A DNA stretch of 64,000 nucleotides from an uncultured Methanoregulaceae archaeon (GCA_963717525.1 OY970343.1:96001-160000), one strand, 5' to 3'. Positions 1 through 10,367 are shown, counted from the stretch's first letter. Numbers and translations are program-made. The notes: generated from the letters alone by a model not told the origin.

Positions 1-251
1 TCGTGCAGAAGGGTGAATTTGCGGCAAAACTCGCGGAGAAATGCCCGGGGTTTGACCCGGAGCCGGTGATGGAGCTCTTCCTGCGCCCGCCGGTGACGAC
101 CGGGTATACGCTTGCGTGGAGTCACCCGGACGTAGAAGGGATCAAACGGATGCTCTGCGACGGGTACGATTTTGCCGTGGAAAGGGTCGACGCGGCGCTC
201 GAACGGTACACGGTAAAATCCGGGCAGAAGACGCTTGAGAGCTGGTTCTGA
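1..251 (+). CDS. fen: Flap endonuclease 1, C-terminal part (runs off window start)
   Basis: Ends in the PIP box QKTLESWF, preceded by the PDVEGIKRMLC..F..ERV segment typical of archaeal FEN-1. Confidence 0.9.
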   Translation, partial: VQKGEFAAKLAEKCPGFDPEPVMELFLRPPVTTGYTLAWSHPDVEGIKRMLCDGYDFAVERVDAALERYTVKSGQKTLESWF

Positions 252-373
252 GATCCTGGTGCGCCTGCGGTTGATGCCCCCCTTCACTTTGTTGGAATTC
301 TCCCATCAACCGCCACCGTACCAGCCCCGGATTTTACAAAGAGTTAATATAGCACAATTTTCCTTTTACCATT

Positions 374-664
374 ATGGCGATACATGATAAATTAAAAGAC
401 GATTATGAAGTCATAAAAAGCGACATTATAATTCCGCTCTACTGGATAATTGGTTTGATGCTGGTGGTGAGCGGCTATATTCTCATTACATCGGCATCAC
501 CCAACGTTGAGGGTGGTTTTGCCTGTATGGCGTTAGGATTTGTTCTCGTTATTATTGGTCTGAACAAATTCTCCAATGCCGAATCAAAAAAGAAAATGGC
601 TGAAATCCAGCACACCCTCAATAAAATGGAAAAAGACCTCCAGGAACTCAAAGGCAGGCAGTAG
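374..664 (+). CDS. Small membrane protein with two TM helices and a coiled-coil tail
   Basis: 96-aa ORF, two hydrophobic stretches, charged C-terminus. Confidence 0.6.
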   Translation: MAIHDKLKDDYEVIKSDIIIPLYWIIGLMLVVSGYILITSASPNVEGGFACMALGFVLVIIGLNKFSNAESKKKMAEIQHTLNKMEKDLQELKGRQ

Positions 665-950
665 GGGATTTAACGAAGGGTAACGGAACTTTTTAGGCTT
701 TGATTGTTCCTTCTGCATCTGCCATCTGCCCTCACCGGCAGATCTCCGCGGGTTCGTTCTTGGGTTCGAATCCGGATGCTCGCATGGAGGGAGTGGGATA
801 TATGGTATTCCCAAAAAATGCCACTCTTGTAATAATTGCTGCACATGATAGCAACGGCTCTGCAATTGCGGAGCGCTCATTTTACTTTCACATCGCGTTA
901 TCATCCTTTTATGGTAATTAAAAAATTAGAATAATACTAGCGGAGGGATT

Positions 951-1988
951 ATGGAGATATTTCATGAGATGAAAAAATATCAAACAAACAAATCAGGAAA
1001 TATTACTCAAATGTCCATCCCATTAAAGCCAAATGACGATGGAATGGTTGGAAGAGAATGTCCGAATACAGATTGCATTTTAAAATATTTTCAGATCGGA
1101 CAATCGATTCCAGACGAATTCTTGAAAAATGGAAACAATCTGTCAGATAGCAATATTACCTGTCCCTATTGCGGTCATGTCGATCATTTTCAAAAGTTCC
1201 ATTCTGAAGATCATAAAAAATGGATTGAATCAATGATACATCGGGACATGGCAATAACAATCCAAAATATGCTTCAAAATACTGTGAAAGGATTCAAATC
1301 TTCGTCAAATTCTGGATTTTCATGTTCAATGTCGTTTAAACCGGGGCCCTTGCCAAATGTGCGTTATTATACAGAAGAAAAGTTGAAACGAAAAGTAATC
1401 TGTGATAACTGCGGGTTCCAATATGCAGTCTATGGAATATCATTTCATTGTCCGTTTTGCGGAAAAGGGAATTTACAGATCCATCTTACCCGAAATGTGG
1501 AAATCACTCGTGTTTTGATCGAAGAGAGCATAAAATTACAGTCGGAACAAATGGATGTTGCCCAAAGAATGATTGGAAATGCTTTAGAGGATGTCGTTGG
1601 CATCTTTGAAGGATTTCATAAAAACATTTATGTTTACGGGATTCATCACAAATTTTCAAAAGAGGATGCCGACAAAAAAGAAGAGCGGATTAAGGTAACA
1701 TTTCAGCGACTAGATGGCGCACAAAAACTTATGCTAACTGATCTGCAATATGACATTTTCTCAAGTATTTCTAATGAGGATAGATTATTTCTTGAAGAAC
1801 AATTCCTAAAAAGGCATGTTTTAACTCATAACCTAGGGCTTGTTGATGAAAAATATCTCGAAAAAGCAAATTACTATTCGAAACAGGGTTCTGAACTGGA
1901 AATTTTACCGGCAGATGTTTCACGCGCTTTAGAAATTGTCACCTCAATTGTTGGGAGAACTTCTCAACATATCATTATAGAAAAATAA
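951..1988 (+). CDS. Zn-ribbon plus HEPN-like protein
   Basis: AT-rich; GGAGG RBS; CPNTDC, CPYC, CDNC, CPFC motifs; C-terminal RHVLTH (Rx4H). Confidence 0.65.
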   Translation: MEIFHEMKKYQTNKSGNITQMSIPLKPNDDGMVGRECPNTDCILKYFQIGQSIPDEFLKNGNNLSDSNITCPYCGHVDHFQKFHSEDHKKWIESMIHRDMAITIQNMLQNTVKGFKSSSNSGFSCSMSFKPGPLPNVRYYTEEKLKRKVICDNCGFQYAVYGISFHCPFCGKGNLQIHLTRNVEITRVLIEESIKLQSEQMDVAQRMIGNALEDVVGIFEGFHKNIYVYGIHHKFSKEDADKKEERIKVTFQRLDGAQKLMLTDLQYDIFSSISNEDRLFLEEQFLKRHVLTHNLGLVDEKYLEKANYYSKQGSELEILPADVSRALEIVTSIVGRTSQHIIIEK

Positions 1989-2006
1989 TTTTTATATCCC
2001 CTCCTT

Positions 2007-2138
2007 TCAGCACATCGCGAGTAACCGCCTAACCGCCCCCGTCGTAATGTTGATCTCGCCGAACTTTCGTATCCGGGTCTTGATCCGCTGGAAGGTCTTG
2101 CGATCAACCCCGGATTTTTCTGCATCGCATTGCCACAT
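2007..2138 (-). pseudogene. Orphan C-terminal HTH-like gene fragment
   Basis: AEKSGVDRKTFQRIKTRIRKFGEINITTGAVRRLL reads like an HTH tail, with no intact upstream ORF. Confidence 0.35.
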
Positions 2139-2188
2139 CAACGAATATATTCCATTTATCCAACCTCTCCCTGACATTTTTTCAAAAG

Positions 2189-2518
2189 GAGGGGCGGGGG
2201 TACCCCCCTGTTGGCCCGGCACATGGGGGGGAGGGTACCCCTCACCTAGAAAAAAGAAGGGAGGGGGGGTGGCGGTCACCCCCCTCCCTCCCTTGTCCGC
2301 ATCCGGCTCCTTTTCTGCATGGCCGAAACCGGTGGTTCGCGTGGAATTGCCGGCGTGAATTGTGGAGTTTGCGTTTTTGGGGGATTATCATTTGATTGCC
2401 CGGCTGGGGACCTGAGGGGGAGGGGGTACCCCCTAGTTGCCCGGACACATGGGGGGGAGGGTACCCCCCACTTGAAAAAAAGAAGAGAGGGGGGGTGGGG
2501 ACCACCCCCCTCCCCCCC
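2189..2518. repeat. Two direct copies (~105 bp; 2189-2292 and 2414-2518) of a G/C-run palindromic element
   Basis: Both contain GGGGGTACCCCC..GCCCGG.CACATGGGGGGGAGGGTACCCC..GAAAAAAGAAG..GAGGGGGGGT..ACCCCCCTCCC. Confidence 0.85.
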
Positions 2519-2625
2519 ATGCGGGCAAAGGCCAGCCCGGATCCTGCACGTGAACTCATTTTCTGCCAGGTGCAGAACGGGATAAGAAAAAAGAGGAAAG
2601 GATGCGGTACCGGGCGCTTACCCGC

Positions 2626-3141
2626 TCACTCCGGGGTTGCCTCGATCACGAGGCTGAAGGTGTCAGCAGCGGATGATGCGCCTTCCCACGGGCGCATATA
2701 GGTCGCTTTGAAGGTGTAGGTACCTACGGTGTCCGGCGCAAGGATCCATTCATGGTAGCCGCCCGCCCCGATCAGGGTGGTGTTGGGGGGGTAGTAGGTG
2801 TCAGAGATGACCGAAAGACCCTTCGAAGCAGTTGCGTTCCACATGTACCCGGTTGTCGGGTTCTCGTTCAGGCTGACCAGCACCCGCTCGCTGGCCGGGA
2901 CCGTCAGGATATCCCCGTTTGAGCTGCTGTTCACAAGGATGGTCGTTACCGAAGCACTGGTGGAAACCGGTGTGACCGCTGTGCTTGCTGCAGGAACGGT
3001 GACAACCGCATTGGCAGTCGCTGCCGGTACGCCGGCCGGCGTGACCGTGGAAGGTGCGGAATTTTCAGTGCATCCTGCCATGAGTGCGGCTGCGAGGATA
3101 AAAATGCAGCCGATGGCAGTGATCAGGTAAGTTGTTTTCAT
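2626..3141 (-). CDS. Chagasin/I42-family protease inhibitor lipoprotein
   Basis: Lipobox MAGC; ENPTTGYMW, GAGG and YMRPWE motifs. Confidence 0.9.
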   Translation of the reverse strand: MKTTYLITAIGCIFILAAALMAGCTENSAPSTVTPAGVPAATANAVVTVPAASTAVTPVSTSASVTTILVNSSSNGDILTVPASERVLVSLNENPTTGYMWNATASKGLSVISDTYYPPNTTLIGAGGYHEWILAPDTVGTYTFKATYMRPWEGASSAADTFSLVIEATPE

Positions 3142-3286
3142 GCAGGTCACCTGTTGAATATACACAATTTTTGCGGGAATTTTAATAAATCTGGCGTTAA
3201 CTACGATTTTTTTTGCAGTCATCCGCCGGATCCGCACCGGATCGATCTGCCTTTTAGCCTCGTGTGCACAACCTATCAGCGATTAC

Positions 3287-4222
3287 ATGAAACCGGGCCC
3301 GGAGGACAGGGGAGATGGGGGAGCATCAGCCTCAAAAGAGCAGACGGTCGTATTCAGCCTCCTCTGCGACATCGCCCTTTGGCTGCCGGAGATCGCGGCG
3401 GTCGTCCTCTCCGGCTCCGTCACCCTTTTTGCGGATGTCCTCAAAGACGGAAACGAGATCCTCGCCACCGCCTTTGCCCTTATTATCCTTTTAAAGATGA
3501 AAAACGGGGCGGGTTTCACCTACGATTACGGTATGGGAAAGTTCGAGACCTTCACCCGGAGCGCCACCGGGGCCGTCATGCTCGTCTCCATCTTCATCAT
3601 CTTCCTTACCGCATTCAACCGGATCTTCACTCCCGAAACACTCCAGCCGACTGGTGCGTTCATCGCTGTCCCGCTCATGATCCTCTCTGCTGTCATCGAC
3701 ACGTTCCTCTGGCAGAAGAACTACCGGATCTCCCTTACCGACCCCTCGCCCATCATGGAAGCCCAGTGGCGGCTCCGGCGGGCAAAAGCCTTTGCCGACA
3801 TCGCGGTCCTCCTCTCCCTGGTCCTCTCCTTTGCCCTTATCGCATACACCTGGGCGGTCTATATCGACCCGGTGGTATCGTTTATCATCATCGGGTTCCT
3901 GCTCATCGCAGGTTTCCGGGAGATATCCTCCTCGCTCCCCGATCTCTTCGACAAGACCCTTGAAGAGGAACTCCAGATCGTGATCTTAAAGGAACTCTCC
4001 GCGTTCTTTAACGAATACGAAGGGTTCTACGGTGTCCGATCGAGGCGTTCCGGCAGCAAGATCTATATCGACATCTTCCTTGGTTTCGATCAGGAGCGGA
4101 AGATGGGCACGGTGCAGGACACCAGCGACCGGCTCAGGACCTCTCTTGAAGGGAAGATCCCCGGCAGCATCGTCTCCATCGTCCCCACGAGCGAACGATC
4201 TGCACCCGTCTGCCACCGGTAA
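3287..4222 (+). CDS. Cation diffusion facilitator family transporter
   Basis: SGSVTLFAD, YDYGMGKFE, IDP motifs; C-terminal VRSRRSGSKIYID dimerisation domain. Confidence 0.85.
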   Translation: MKPGPEDRGDGGASASKEQTVVFSLLCDIALWLPEIAAVVLSGSVTLFADVLKDGNEILATAFALIILLKMKNGAGFTYDYGMGKFETFTRSATGAVMLVSIFIIFLTAFNRIFTPETLQPTGAFIAVPLMILSAVIDTFLWQKNYRISLTDPSPIMEAQWRLRRAKAFADIAVLLSLVLSFALIAYTWAVYIDPVVSFIIIGFLLIAGFREISSSLPDLFDKTLEEELQIVILKELSAFFNEYEGFYGVRSRRSGSKIYIDIFLGFDQERKMGTVQDTSDRLRTSLEGKIPGSIVSIVPTSERSAPVCHR

Positions 4223-4333
4223 ACCGCCCCGGTCCGGATCATTATCCCCGGGCGCTCAACAGAAGTGTCTTTTTTTATGGAAATTGTTTAATAACGTACA
4301 CGACAACCCGATCGTATCGAGTGTGCACTTCCT

Positions 4334-6634
4334 GTGATCCATATTCTTTGCATTGACGATGAACCAGCCCTGCTCGATCTCACGCGGTTGTTTCTCGAGA
4401 AGACCGGTGAATTCAGCGTCAACCCGGTCGTTTCCGCGGAGGAGGCGCTCGCGCTCCTCGCGGATCACCACTTCGATGTCATCGTCTCCGATTACCAGAT
4501 GCCGGGAATGAACGGGATCACGTTTTTACAGCAGATCAGGCGTTCGGGGATTACCGTCCCGTTCATCATCTTCACCGGAAAAGGACGGGAAGAGGTTGTG
4601 ATCGAGGCTATCAACAGCGGTGCCGACTCCTATCTCCAGAAAGGGGGCAATCCCCGGGCCCAGTTTGCCGAACTTGCGGAGAAGATCCGCCAGATGGTCA
4701 GGAGGTCGCGTGCCGAACGCGCACTCCGGGAGGCCGAGGCACGGTACCGGGCGATCTTCCAGAATGCATCTGATATCATACGGATTATCGACCGTGATGG
4801 CAGGATCGCGTGGGACTCCCCCTCCTCGTCAAAGATCCTCGGGTATCCTCCCGGTTCGTTAAACGGGAAGGACCCGCTGGACTATATCCATCCCGACGAC
4901 CGGGATCGTATCAGGTCCGATCTTGCCGCCGTCCGCGAGGACAGAAATTCCGGGTTCCCGTCAGAATTCCGCGTGCGCAGGGCAGACGGAAGTTATCTCT
5001 GGGTCGAATCGATCGCTTCCAACCTTACCGGTGTGGAGGGCGTGGACGGTATTGTGGCCACCACCCGGCCGATCGCAGAACGGAAAGAAGCCGAGGAGCG
5101 ACAGAAAAGGAACCACGAGGAAGTGTCCGCCGCGTTCGAACAGCTGACCGCAACCGAGGAAGAGCTGCGCCAGAACTACAACGAGCTCGCCATGAGCGAA
5201 CACCGGCGTGCAGAGACAGAGCAGATGGTCCGGGCCTCGGAGGCGTTCCTGAAATGCGTGATCGCCGATGTCCGGGAAGGCATTATCGCCTTTGATTCCG
5301 GCCTCCACGTCACCCTCTGGAACCCTTTTATGGAAGAGCTGACCGGGATCCCTCCCGCCGATGTCATCGGAAAAGACCTGTGTACCTGTTTTCCTCAGCT
5401 GAAAAATAACGGGATCCCCGGCACGATTGCGCGTGCGCTCGCAGGAGAGACGGTGGAGACCCCCGATATCGAGCTCACCCTGAGCATAAAAAAGAAAGAG
5501 ACGATCTTTGTACGGGGCATCGTCTCCCCCCTCAGGAGCCATGAGGGATCGGTTATAGGGGTCATCGGGGTTGTCCAGGATATCTCCGCGCGCAAGAACG
5601 CCGAGCTTGCGCTGCTCTCGGCCACCCGGGATCTCCACGAGAGCGAGGAAAAGTACCGGAATGTCTTTGAAGCAAAGAACGATCCCCTTATCCTTGCCGA
5701 TGCAGAGACCCGGGCCATCCTCGATCTTAACCCGGCCGCATCCGAACTGTACGGGTATTCCCGTGAGGAGATGCTCGGGATGGTGTTACTGGACCTTTCT
5801 GCCGAACCGGAGAAGACAAAGGAGGCACTTGACCGGAAGGTCCCCCGGGTCGCCCTCCGGTATCACCGCAAAAAAGACGGCCTGGTCTTTCCCGCCGACA
5901 TCGCGCTTGCCTACTTCACCCTCAAGGGACGGTCGGTCCTTATTCTCTCGATCCGAGACCTGACCGGGGTCCAGCAGATAGGCGATGCCCTGAGGATTGC
6001 AAACGTCAAGCTCAACCTCATGATCGGGGTGACCCGGCACGACGTACTCAACTCGCTTACCGTGCTCATTGCGTACAACGGCTTTCTCAGGGAACGGGAA
6101 CTCGATGACCCGACCCGGGATCTTCTGGAGAAGCAGGAAAAAGCCCTGCTTGCGATCCGCAACCAGATCGAGTTCACCCGTTCCTATGATGATCTCGGGG
6201 TCAAGTCCCCGCTCTGGCAACACATCGGGAATACGGCAGCGCGGGCTTACGCCCAGTTCATCAATACAATCTCGTTTACCTGTGAGGCCGGTGACCTTGA
6301 GATCTACGCGGACCCGATGCTTGAGAAAGTGTTCTACAACCTCTTCGATAACGCGTTCCGGTACGGTGAAGGGGTCACGAAAGTCAGGCTCTCCGGGGCC
6401 ATTGACGGGACAGACCTCCTCCTCTATTTTGAGGACAACGGGATCGGTATTGTGGAGAACGAGAAGACGCGGATCTTCTCCCGGGGCATCGGCAAGAACA
6501 CCGGGCTCGGCCTCTTCCTGACCCGGGAGATCCTTGCTATCACCCGGATCGGGATTTCAGAGACCGGGGAGTACCGGAAAGGGGCACGTTTTACGCTCCG
6601 GGTGCCCCGGGGTGCGTACCGGCTGATGAAATGA
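4334..6634 (+). CDS. Hybrid receiver-PAS-histidine kinase
   Basis: N-terminal REC (IDDE, SDYQMP), three PAS domains, TRHD H-box, EDNGIGI and GLGLFL. Confidence 0.92.
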   Translation: MIHILCIDDEPALLDLTRLFLEKTGEFSVNPVVSAEEALALLADHHFDVIVSDYQMPGMNGITFLQQIRRSGITVPFIIFTGKGREEVVIEAINSGADSYLQKGGNPRAQFAELAEKIRQMVRRSRAERALREAEARYRAIFQNASDIIRIIDRDGRIAWDSPSSSKILGYPPGSLNGKDPLDYIHPDDRDRIRSDLAAVREDRNSGFPSEFRVRRADGSYLWVESIASNLTGVEGVDGIVATTRPIAERKEAEERQKRNHEEVSAAFEQLTATEEELRQNYNELAMSEHRRAETEQMVRASEAFLKCVIADVREGIIAFDSGLHVTLWNPFMEELTGIPPADVIGKDLCTCFPQLKNNGIPGTIARALAGETVETPDIELTLSIKKKETIFVRGIVSPLRSHEGSVIGVIGVVQDISARKNAELALLSATRDLHESEEKYRNVFEAKNDPLILADAETRAILDLNPAASELYGYSREEMLGMVLLDLSAEPEKTKEALDRKVPRVALRYHRKKDGLVFPADIALAYFTLKGRSVLILSIRDLTGVQQIGDALRIANVKLNLMIGVTRHDVLNSLTVLIAYNGFLRERELDDPTRDLLEKQEKALLAIRNQIEFTRSYDDLGVKSPLWQHIGNTAARAYAQFINTISFTCEAGDLEIYADPMLEKVFYNLFDNAFRYGEGVTKVRLSGAIDGTDLLLYFEDNGIGIVENEKTRIFSRGIGKNTGLGLFLTREILAITRIGISETGEYRKGARFTLRVPRGAYRLMK

Positions 6635-6686
6635 CCGCCCGGCCCGTGTCTGTCGGGCATGGCAAAGGGTATTTTTGCGGGGTGTC

Positions 6687-7628
6687 TTATGAGTCCGCAA
6701 TCCCGGCAGCGTAATGGTGCGATCTCTGGTGGACGCTCCCGATAAGCGACTTCTCGAAGCACTCATCCTCGCTGACCGGGCGGGAGATGTACCCGAGGGC
6801 ATGGAGCGTCCGGGCAAATTTCATGGTGGATGCGATATATTCTGGCGGCAGTGCGGCACAGTACTTTGGTGAGATGCGATAGGTGTCCAGGACGAATGCT
6901 GCATCCACCATGCCGGTCGTCTCTGCCACAATCCGGGCACAGGTGGCGGGATCATGGCGGATCCATTCGCAGGCGGCCTCGTGGGCGGTCAGGAACCGGG
7001 TGAGCAGGTCGCGCTTATTGAGCATCTCCCGCATGACGACGATCCCGTAACTCGGGTTGAACGGCCAGAGCTGATCGGGCGGCACTGCGAGCCGGGCGTT
7101 CCCGTACCGACGTGCTGTTGTTGCAAGCGCCGGCGTCCCGGCAGCTGCCGCAATCTCCCCGTTTAACAGGGCATCGGGAAGGAAATCGGCCCAGGGGTAA
7201 TTACGCACCGTGATATCCATTCTTTTGTTTTCCTTAAGCAGATCATTGACGATCACGTCATGAATGGATCCCTTCGGCGGCGTTCCTATGGCCTTGCCGG
7301 ACAGCTGGGAGAGGAACTCCTGCATGCTGCCGCATTCACCGAGGGTCCGGGTGGTCCTGCCTGCGATCATGACCGTGCCCTCGATGTGGCCCCCCGCGAT
7401 GCAGGCGAGCTTCAGCCCCCGGTCTATCCCGATGATGACCGGGGGGAGGCCGATATATCCGAGATCAAGCGTGCTGGCCTGCATGGCGTTGATGATGTCC
7501 GGCCCCGAGGGAAAGAGTGTCCACGTAGCGTGAATATTCTGCTCCTGGAGGAGGCCGGATCCCCGGAGCAGGAAGGCGGTATGGTACAGGGTGGAGAGGT
7601 GGCCGATCCTGATCGTTTCCTGCGCCAT
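6687..7628 (-). CDS. ABC substrate-binding protein (SsuA/NMT1-like)
   Basis: IRIGHL, FPSGPDIINAM, LDLGYIGLPP, IGTPPKGSIHD. Confidence 0.8.
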   Translation of the reverse strand: MAQETIRIGHLSTLYHTAFLLRGSGLLQEQNIHATWTLFPSGPDIINAMQASTLDLGYIGLPPVIIGIDRGLKLACIAGGHIEGTVMIAGRTTRTLGECGSMQEFLSQLSGKAIGTPPKGSIHDVIVNDLLKENKRMDITVRNYPWADFLPDALLNGEIAAAAGTPALATTARRYGNARLAVPPDQLWPFNPSYGIVVMREMLNKRDLLTRFLTAHEAACEWIRHDPATCARIVAETTGMVDAAFVLDTYRISPKYCAALPPEYIASTMKFARTLHALGYISRPVSEDECFEKSLIGSVHQRSHHYAAGIADS

Positions 7629-7631
7629 GGT

Positions 7632-8120
7632 TCACCCGACCTTTTTGAGCACTGCAGTGATCGCCTCGTCAACGCAGGAGAGTTCGGGGCGGAGCATCCC
7701 GACCGGCACGTCCACGATCTTCTCTACTATCGAAGCAAGGATCGGGGCGCAGATGATCCCCGACGCCCCGTCCTTCTCCGCCCGGGCAGCCGCAACGATG
7801 CATTCTTCGAGAGAGTGGGCGGAGTAGCCCCTGACGGCAAATTTCTGCCCTCTGGATTCCACTTCCCGGGTTGTAAAGGAGTCGAGCAGGAACTTGGCCG
7901 CGATCACCGCGATGAACCGGTGGCGTTCCGGCTCAAGGACGGCGACGATCTTTTTCACGGTCGAGAGCCGGGGGTCCCGCTCCCCCAGCGTCACCTTGTA
8001 CAGCGTCGAGGCCGGGATACCGGTCTGCTCTGCGAGCTCCTTTACCGTCATGTTCCTGCGCTCCAGTTCCTCGTTTAACGCTGTGGTAAAATCGGTCTCG
8101 AAGATCCTTTTTGAGAACAT
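7632..8120 (-). CDS. XRE-family HTH regulator with C-terminal sensor domain
   Basis: MTVKELAEQTGIPASTLYKV..GERDPRLST. Confidence 0.85.
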   Translation of the reverse strand: MFSKRIFETDFTTALNEELERRNMTVKELAEQTGIPASTLYKVTLGERDPRLSTVKKIVAVLEPERHRFIAVIAAKFLLDSFTTREVESRGQKFAVRGYSAHSLEECIVAAARAEKDGASGIICAPILASIVEKIVDVPVGMLRPELSCVDEAITAVLKKVG

Positions 8121-8123
8121 ATT

Positions 8124-8149
8124 ATCCTTTAAGTGGTGTTTTAAAGGTT
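8124..8149. promoter_or_regulatory. Palindrome in the divergent promoter
   Basis: CCTTTAA-N8-TTAAAGG between the HTH gene and the ABC ATPase operon. Confidence 0.4.
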
Positions 8150-8196
8150 ATAATTATTACTATAAGGTTAATTTATTTGCAAAATAGGAAAAATAT

Positions 8197-9036
8197 TTGA
8201 ACCGGCCAACCCATGATCCTGCGATGTACAGCGATCAAACCTACGAACTGACGGTGCTCCCCGGCACTACCCGGGACGGGGAAAAGGAAGGATTTGACCG
8301 GATCGTGATCCGCCCGGGCGACACCCTCTCGATCGTAGGGCCGACCGGCTCGGGGAAATCCGCGTTCATCAACGATATCGAGGTCCTTGCGCAGGAAGAT
8401 ACGGTGACAGGACGCAGCATCCTTGTCAACGGGGAGGAGCCCCTGGAAGACCTCGTGCGCGACCCGGCAAAAAAGCCCATCGCGCTCATCACCCAGAACA
8501 CCCGGGTCATTGCGGATCTTTCCGTTGCCCGGTTCCTCGCGCTTCACCTGCAGGCCCGGGATACCGGTGCCGATTCCCTGATCGCCGGCACCATAGCGCT
8601 TGCAAACGAGTTTACCGGGGAGAAGATTGCCGGGTCCATGCGGATGACCGGGCTCTCGGGCGGCCAGACCCGGTCGCTTCTTATCGCTGATGCGATCCTT
8701 ATCGGCCAGACACCAATCCTGCTCCTCGATGAAGTGGAAAACGCCGGCATCAACAAGGAACGGGTCATTTCCTGCCTGCGGGAATACAAGAAAGCCGTGA
8801 TCTTCGTCACGCACGATCCCTATATCGCGCTCATTTCCGACCGGCGGATCGTGATGAAGAACGGTGCCGTGACCGCCGTTCTCGAACCCGACGGCTCTGA
8901 GTGCGATATTATCGGAACTGTGTCCGGTATGGATGCGTTCCTGTGGGATCTCCGGGAGAAGATCCGCAGTGGGGAGCTGGTCAGCAATCCTGAAAAAACC
9001 CAGGCAGCTCCCAAAAAGACTGGTATTACGGCATGA
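8197..9036 (+). CDS. ABC-type ATP-binding protein
   Basis: GPTGSGKS, LSGGQ, ILLLDE, FVTHD. Confidence 0.9.
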   Translation: MNRPTHDPAMYSDQTYELTVLPGTTRDGEKEGFDRIVIRPGDTLSIVGPTGSGKSAFINDIEVLAQEDTVTGRSILVNGEEPLEDLVRDPAKKPIALITQNTRVIADLSVARFLALHLQARDTGADSLIAGTIALANEFTGEKIAGSMRMTGLSGGQTRSLLIADAILIGQTPILLLDEVENAGINKERVISCLREYKKAVIFVTHDPYIALISDRRIVMKNGAVTAVLEPDGSECDIIGTVSGMDAFLWDLREKIRSGELVSNPEKTQAAPKKTGITA

Positions 9037-9740
9037 GACTCGTGATTGTCGCCGGCCCGCCAAGCGCCGGCAAAACCGCGGTCATCCGCCAGATCATCAG
9101 GAAATTTGTGAAGACTGACACACCTGCGTACCTTAAGATCGATGTCGTGAAAGCGTTCGAGGACGAGGAACTCCGCGAGGAATTCGGCATTCCCACACGG
9201 AAGGTCTATTCCGGCGACCTCTGCCCCGACCATATGGGCATCATGGTGCTCAGGGACGCGATCACATGGGCAGAGGGGATCGGGGCCGGCATGCTCATTA
9301 TCGAGAGCGCCGGGCTCTGTCTCCGGTGTACACCGTACACGACGCAGGCGTTTGGCATTGCTGTGCTCCCCGCAGTATCCGGCAGCAACGCCCCGCTCAA
9401 AATGGCGCCCCTGATCGCCCTTGCTGATGCGGCGGTCGTCACCAAGACCGACCTTATTTCGCAGGCAGAAAAAGAGGTGTTCCGGGAGTGTATCCGGAGC
9501 GTTGTCCCGAAGATCGACATAATAGAAACCAATGCTGTGCAGGGTACAGGTCTTCGCTACCTGCTCCAGGCCATCAGCAGGTATCCCGGGATCAGCGATT
9601 TGGAGACCATCGCGCTGCGGGGCACGCCGCCGCTTGGGGTCTGCACCATCTGCATCGGTAAAAAAGAGATCGGCTGGCAGCACCATTTTGGCGTGATCCG
9701 GCCTCTCGCGGAGGCTGACAATCTCTACCGGGGAGACTAA
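9033..9740 (+). CDS. HypB/UreG-like (G3E) GTPase
   Basis: GPPSAGKT, LCPDH, ESAGLCLRC, TKTD. Confidence 0.85.
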   Translation: MRLVIVAGPPSAGKTAVIRQIIRKFVKTDTPAYLKIDVVKAFEDEELREEFGIPTRKVYSGDLCPDHMGIMVLRDAITWAEGIGAGMLIIESAGLCLRCTPYTTQAFGIAVLPAVSGSNAPLKMAPLIALADAAVVTKTDLISQAEKEVFRECIRSVVPKIDIIETNAVQGTGLRYLLQAISRYPGISDLETIALRGTPPLGVCTICIGKKEIGWQHHFGVIRPLAEADNLYRGD

Positions 9741-9745
9741 CCGCC

Positions 9746-10360
9746 ATGGCATGGGATCCCCCCGGCAAGGATTGCGGCTCGTGCGGCCTTCCTGCCTGCA
9801 GTGAGTTTGTAAGGGCAGTAAAAAAAGGTGACAAGGCTGAGACCGACTGCCCGTTTTATACCGTGGAGCAATGCGCTTCATGTGCGCCTGCCCGGTACTC
9901 AGGAACTGACGTGACCGGGGCTAAATATGACTTTATCATCCATGCCTTTCCCGGCGAACCGTCGGCCCGCAAGTTCATCGTGCCGTTCCGGGCTGACCTC
10001 GTGGAGAAGTGGGATATCCGGCCGGGTGCGCTTGTCACCGGCCGCCCCGCCGGGCCCGGGTGCCCGGTTTACCACGCGCTCCGTGTCCTCTCTGCCAACC
10101 CGGTCACCGGGGTGCTCGCGTGCCATACGGTCGGGCCTCTTGTGGCACGCAGGGAAAAGGCGTTTGACGTGCAGGCCTACCATGTCCACGCATTCGAGGG
10201 TATTGCGGAGACTATCCTGCGCCCCCCTACCCTTGGCCTGCGGCAGCGTTTCCTCCCGGGCTACTGCATGATGGATCTGTCCCACACGGCAGTCGTCAAC
10301 ATGGTCTTAAAGAAAAAAGACGGCGTGCATGTGAGAGTAGAGGACATCCGTATCCAGTGA
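9746..10360 (+). CDS. Fe-S cluster-binding protein
   Basis: PGKDCGSCGLPAC...CPF putative Fe-S domain. Confidence 0.8.
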   Translation: MAWDPPGKDCGSCGLPACSEFVRAVKKGDKAETDCPFYTVEQCASCAPARYSGTDVTGAKYDFIIHAFPGEPSARKFIVPFRADLVEKWDIRPGALVTGRPAGPGCPVYHALRVLSANPVTGVLACHTVGPLVARREKAFDVQAYHVHAFEGIAETILRPPTLGLRQRFLPGYCMMDLSHTAVVNMVLKKKDGVHVRVEDIRIQ

Positions 10361-10367
10361 GCGTTGT

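Noticed and set aside
901..928. Possible Xer-like site TCATCCTTTTA-TGGTAA-TTAAAAAATTA
   Set aside because: Weak right arm, unique spacer and AT-rich promoter context; not counted.
2047..2701. Overlapping Gly/Pro-rich ORFs
   Set aside because: They are translations of the G/C-run repeat, not plausible proteins.
8124..8149. CCTTTAA..TTAAAGG as a member of the Xer-like family
   Set aside because: The spacer is 8 bp and it lies in a divergent promoter, so an operator is more likely.
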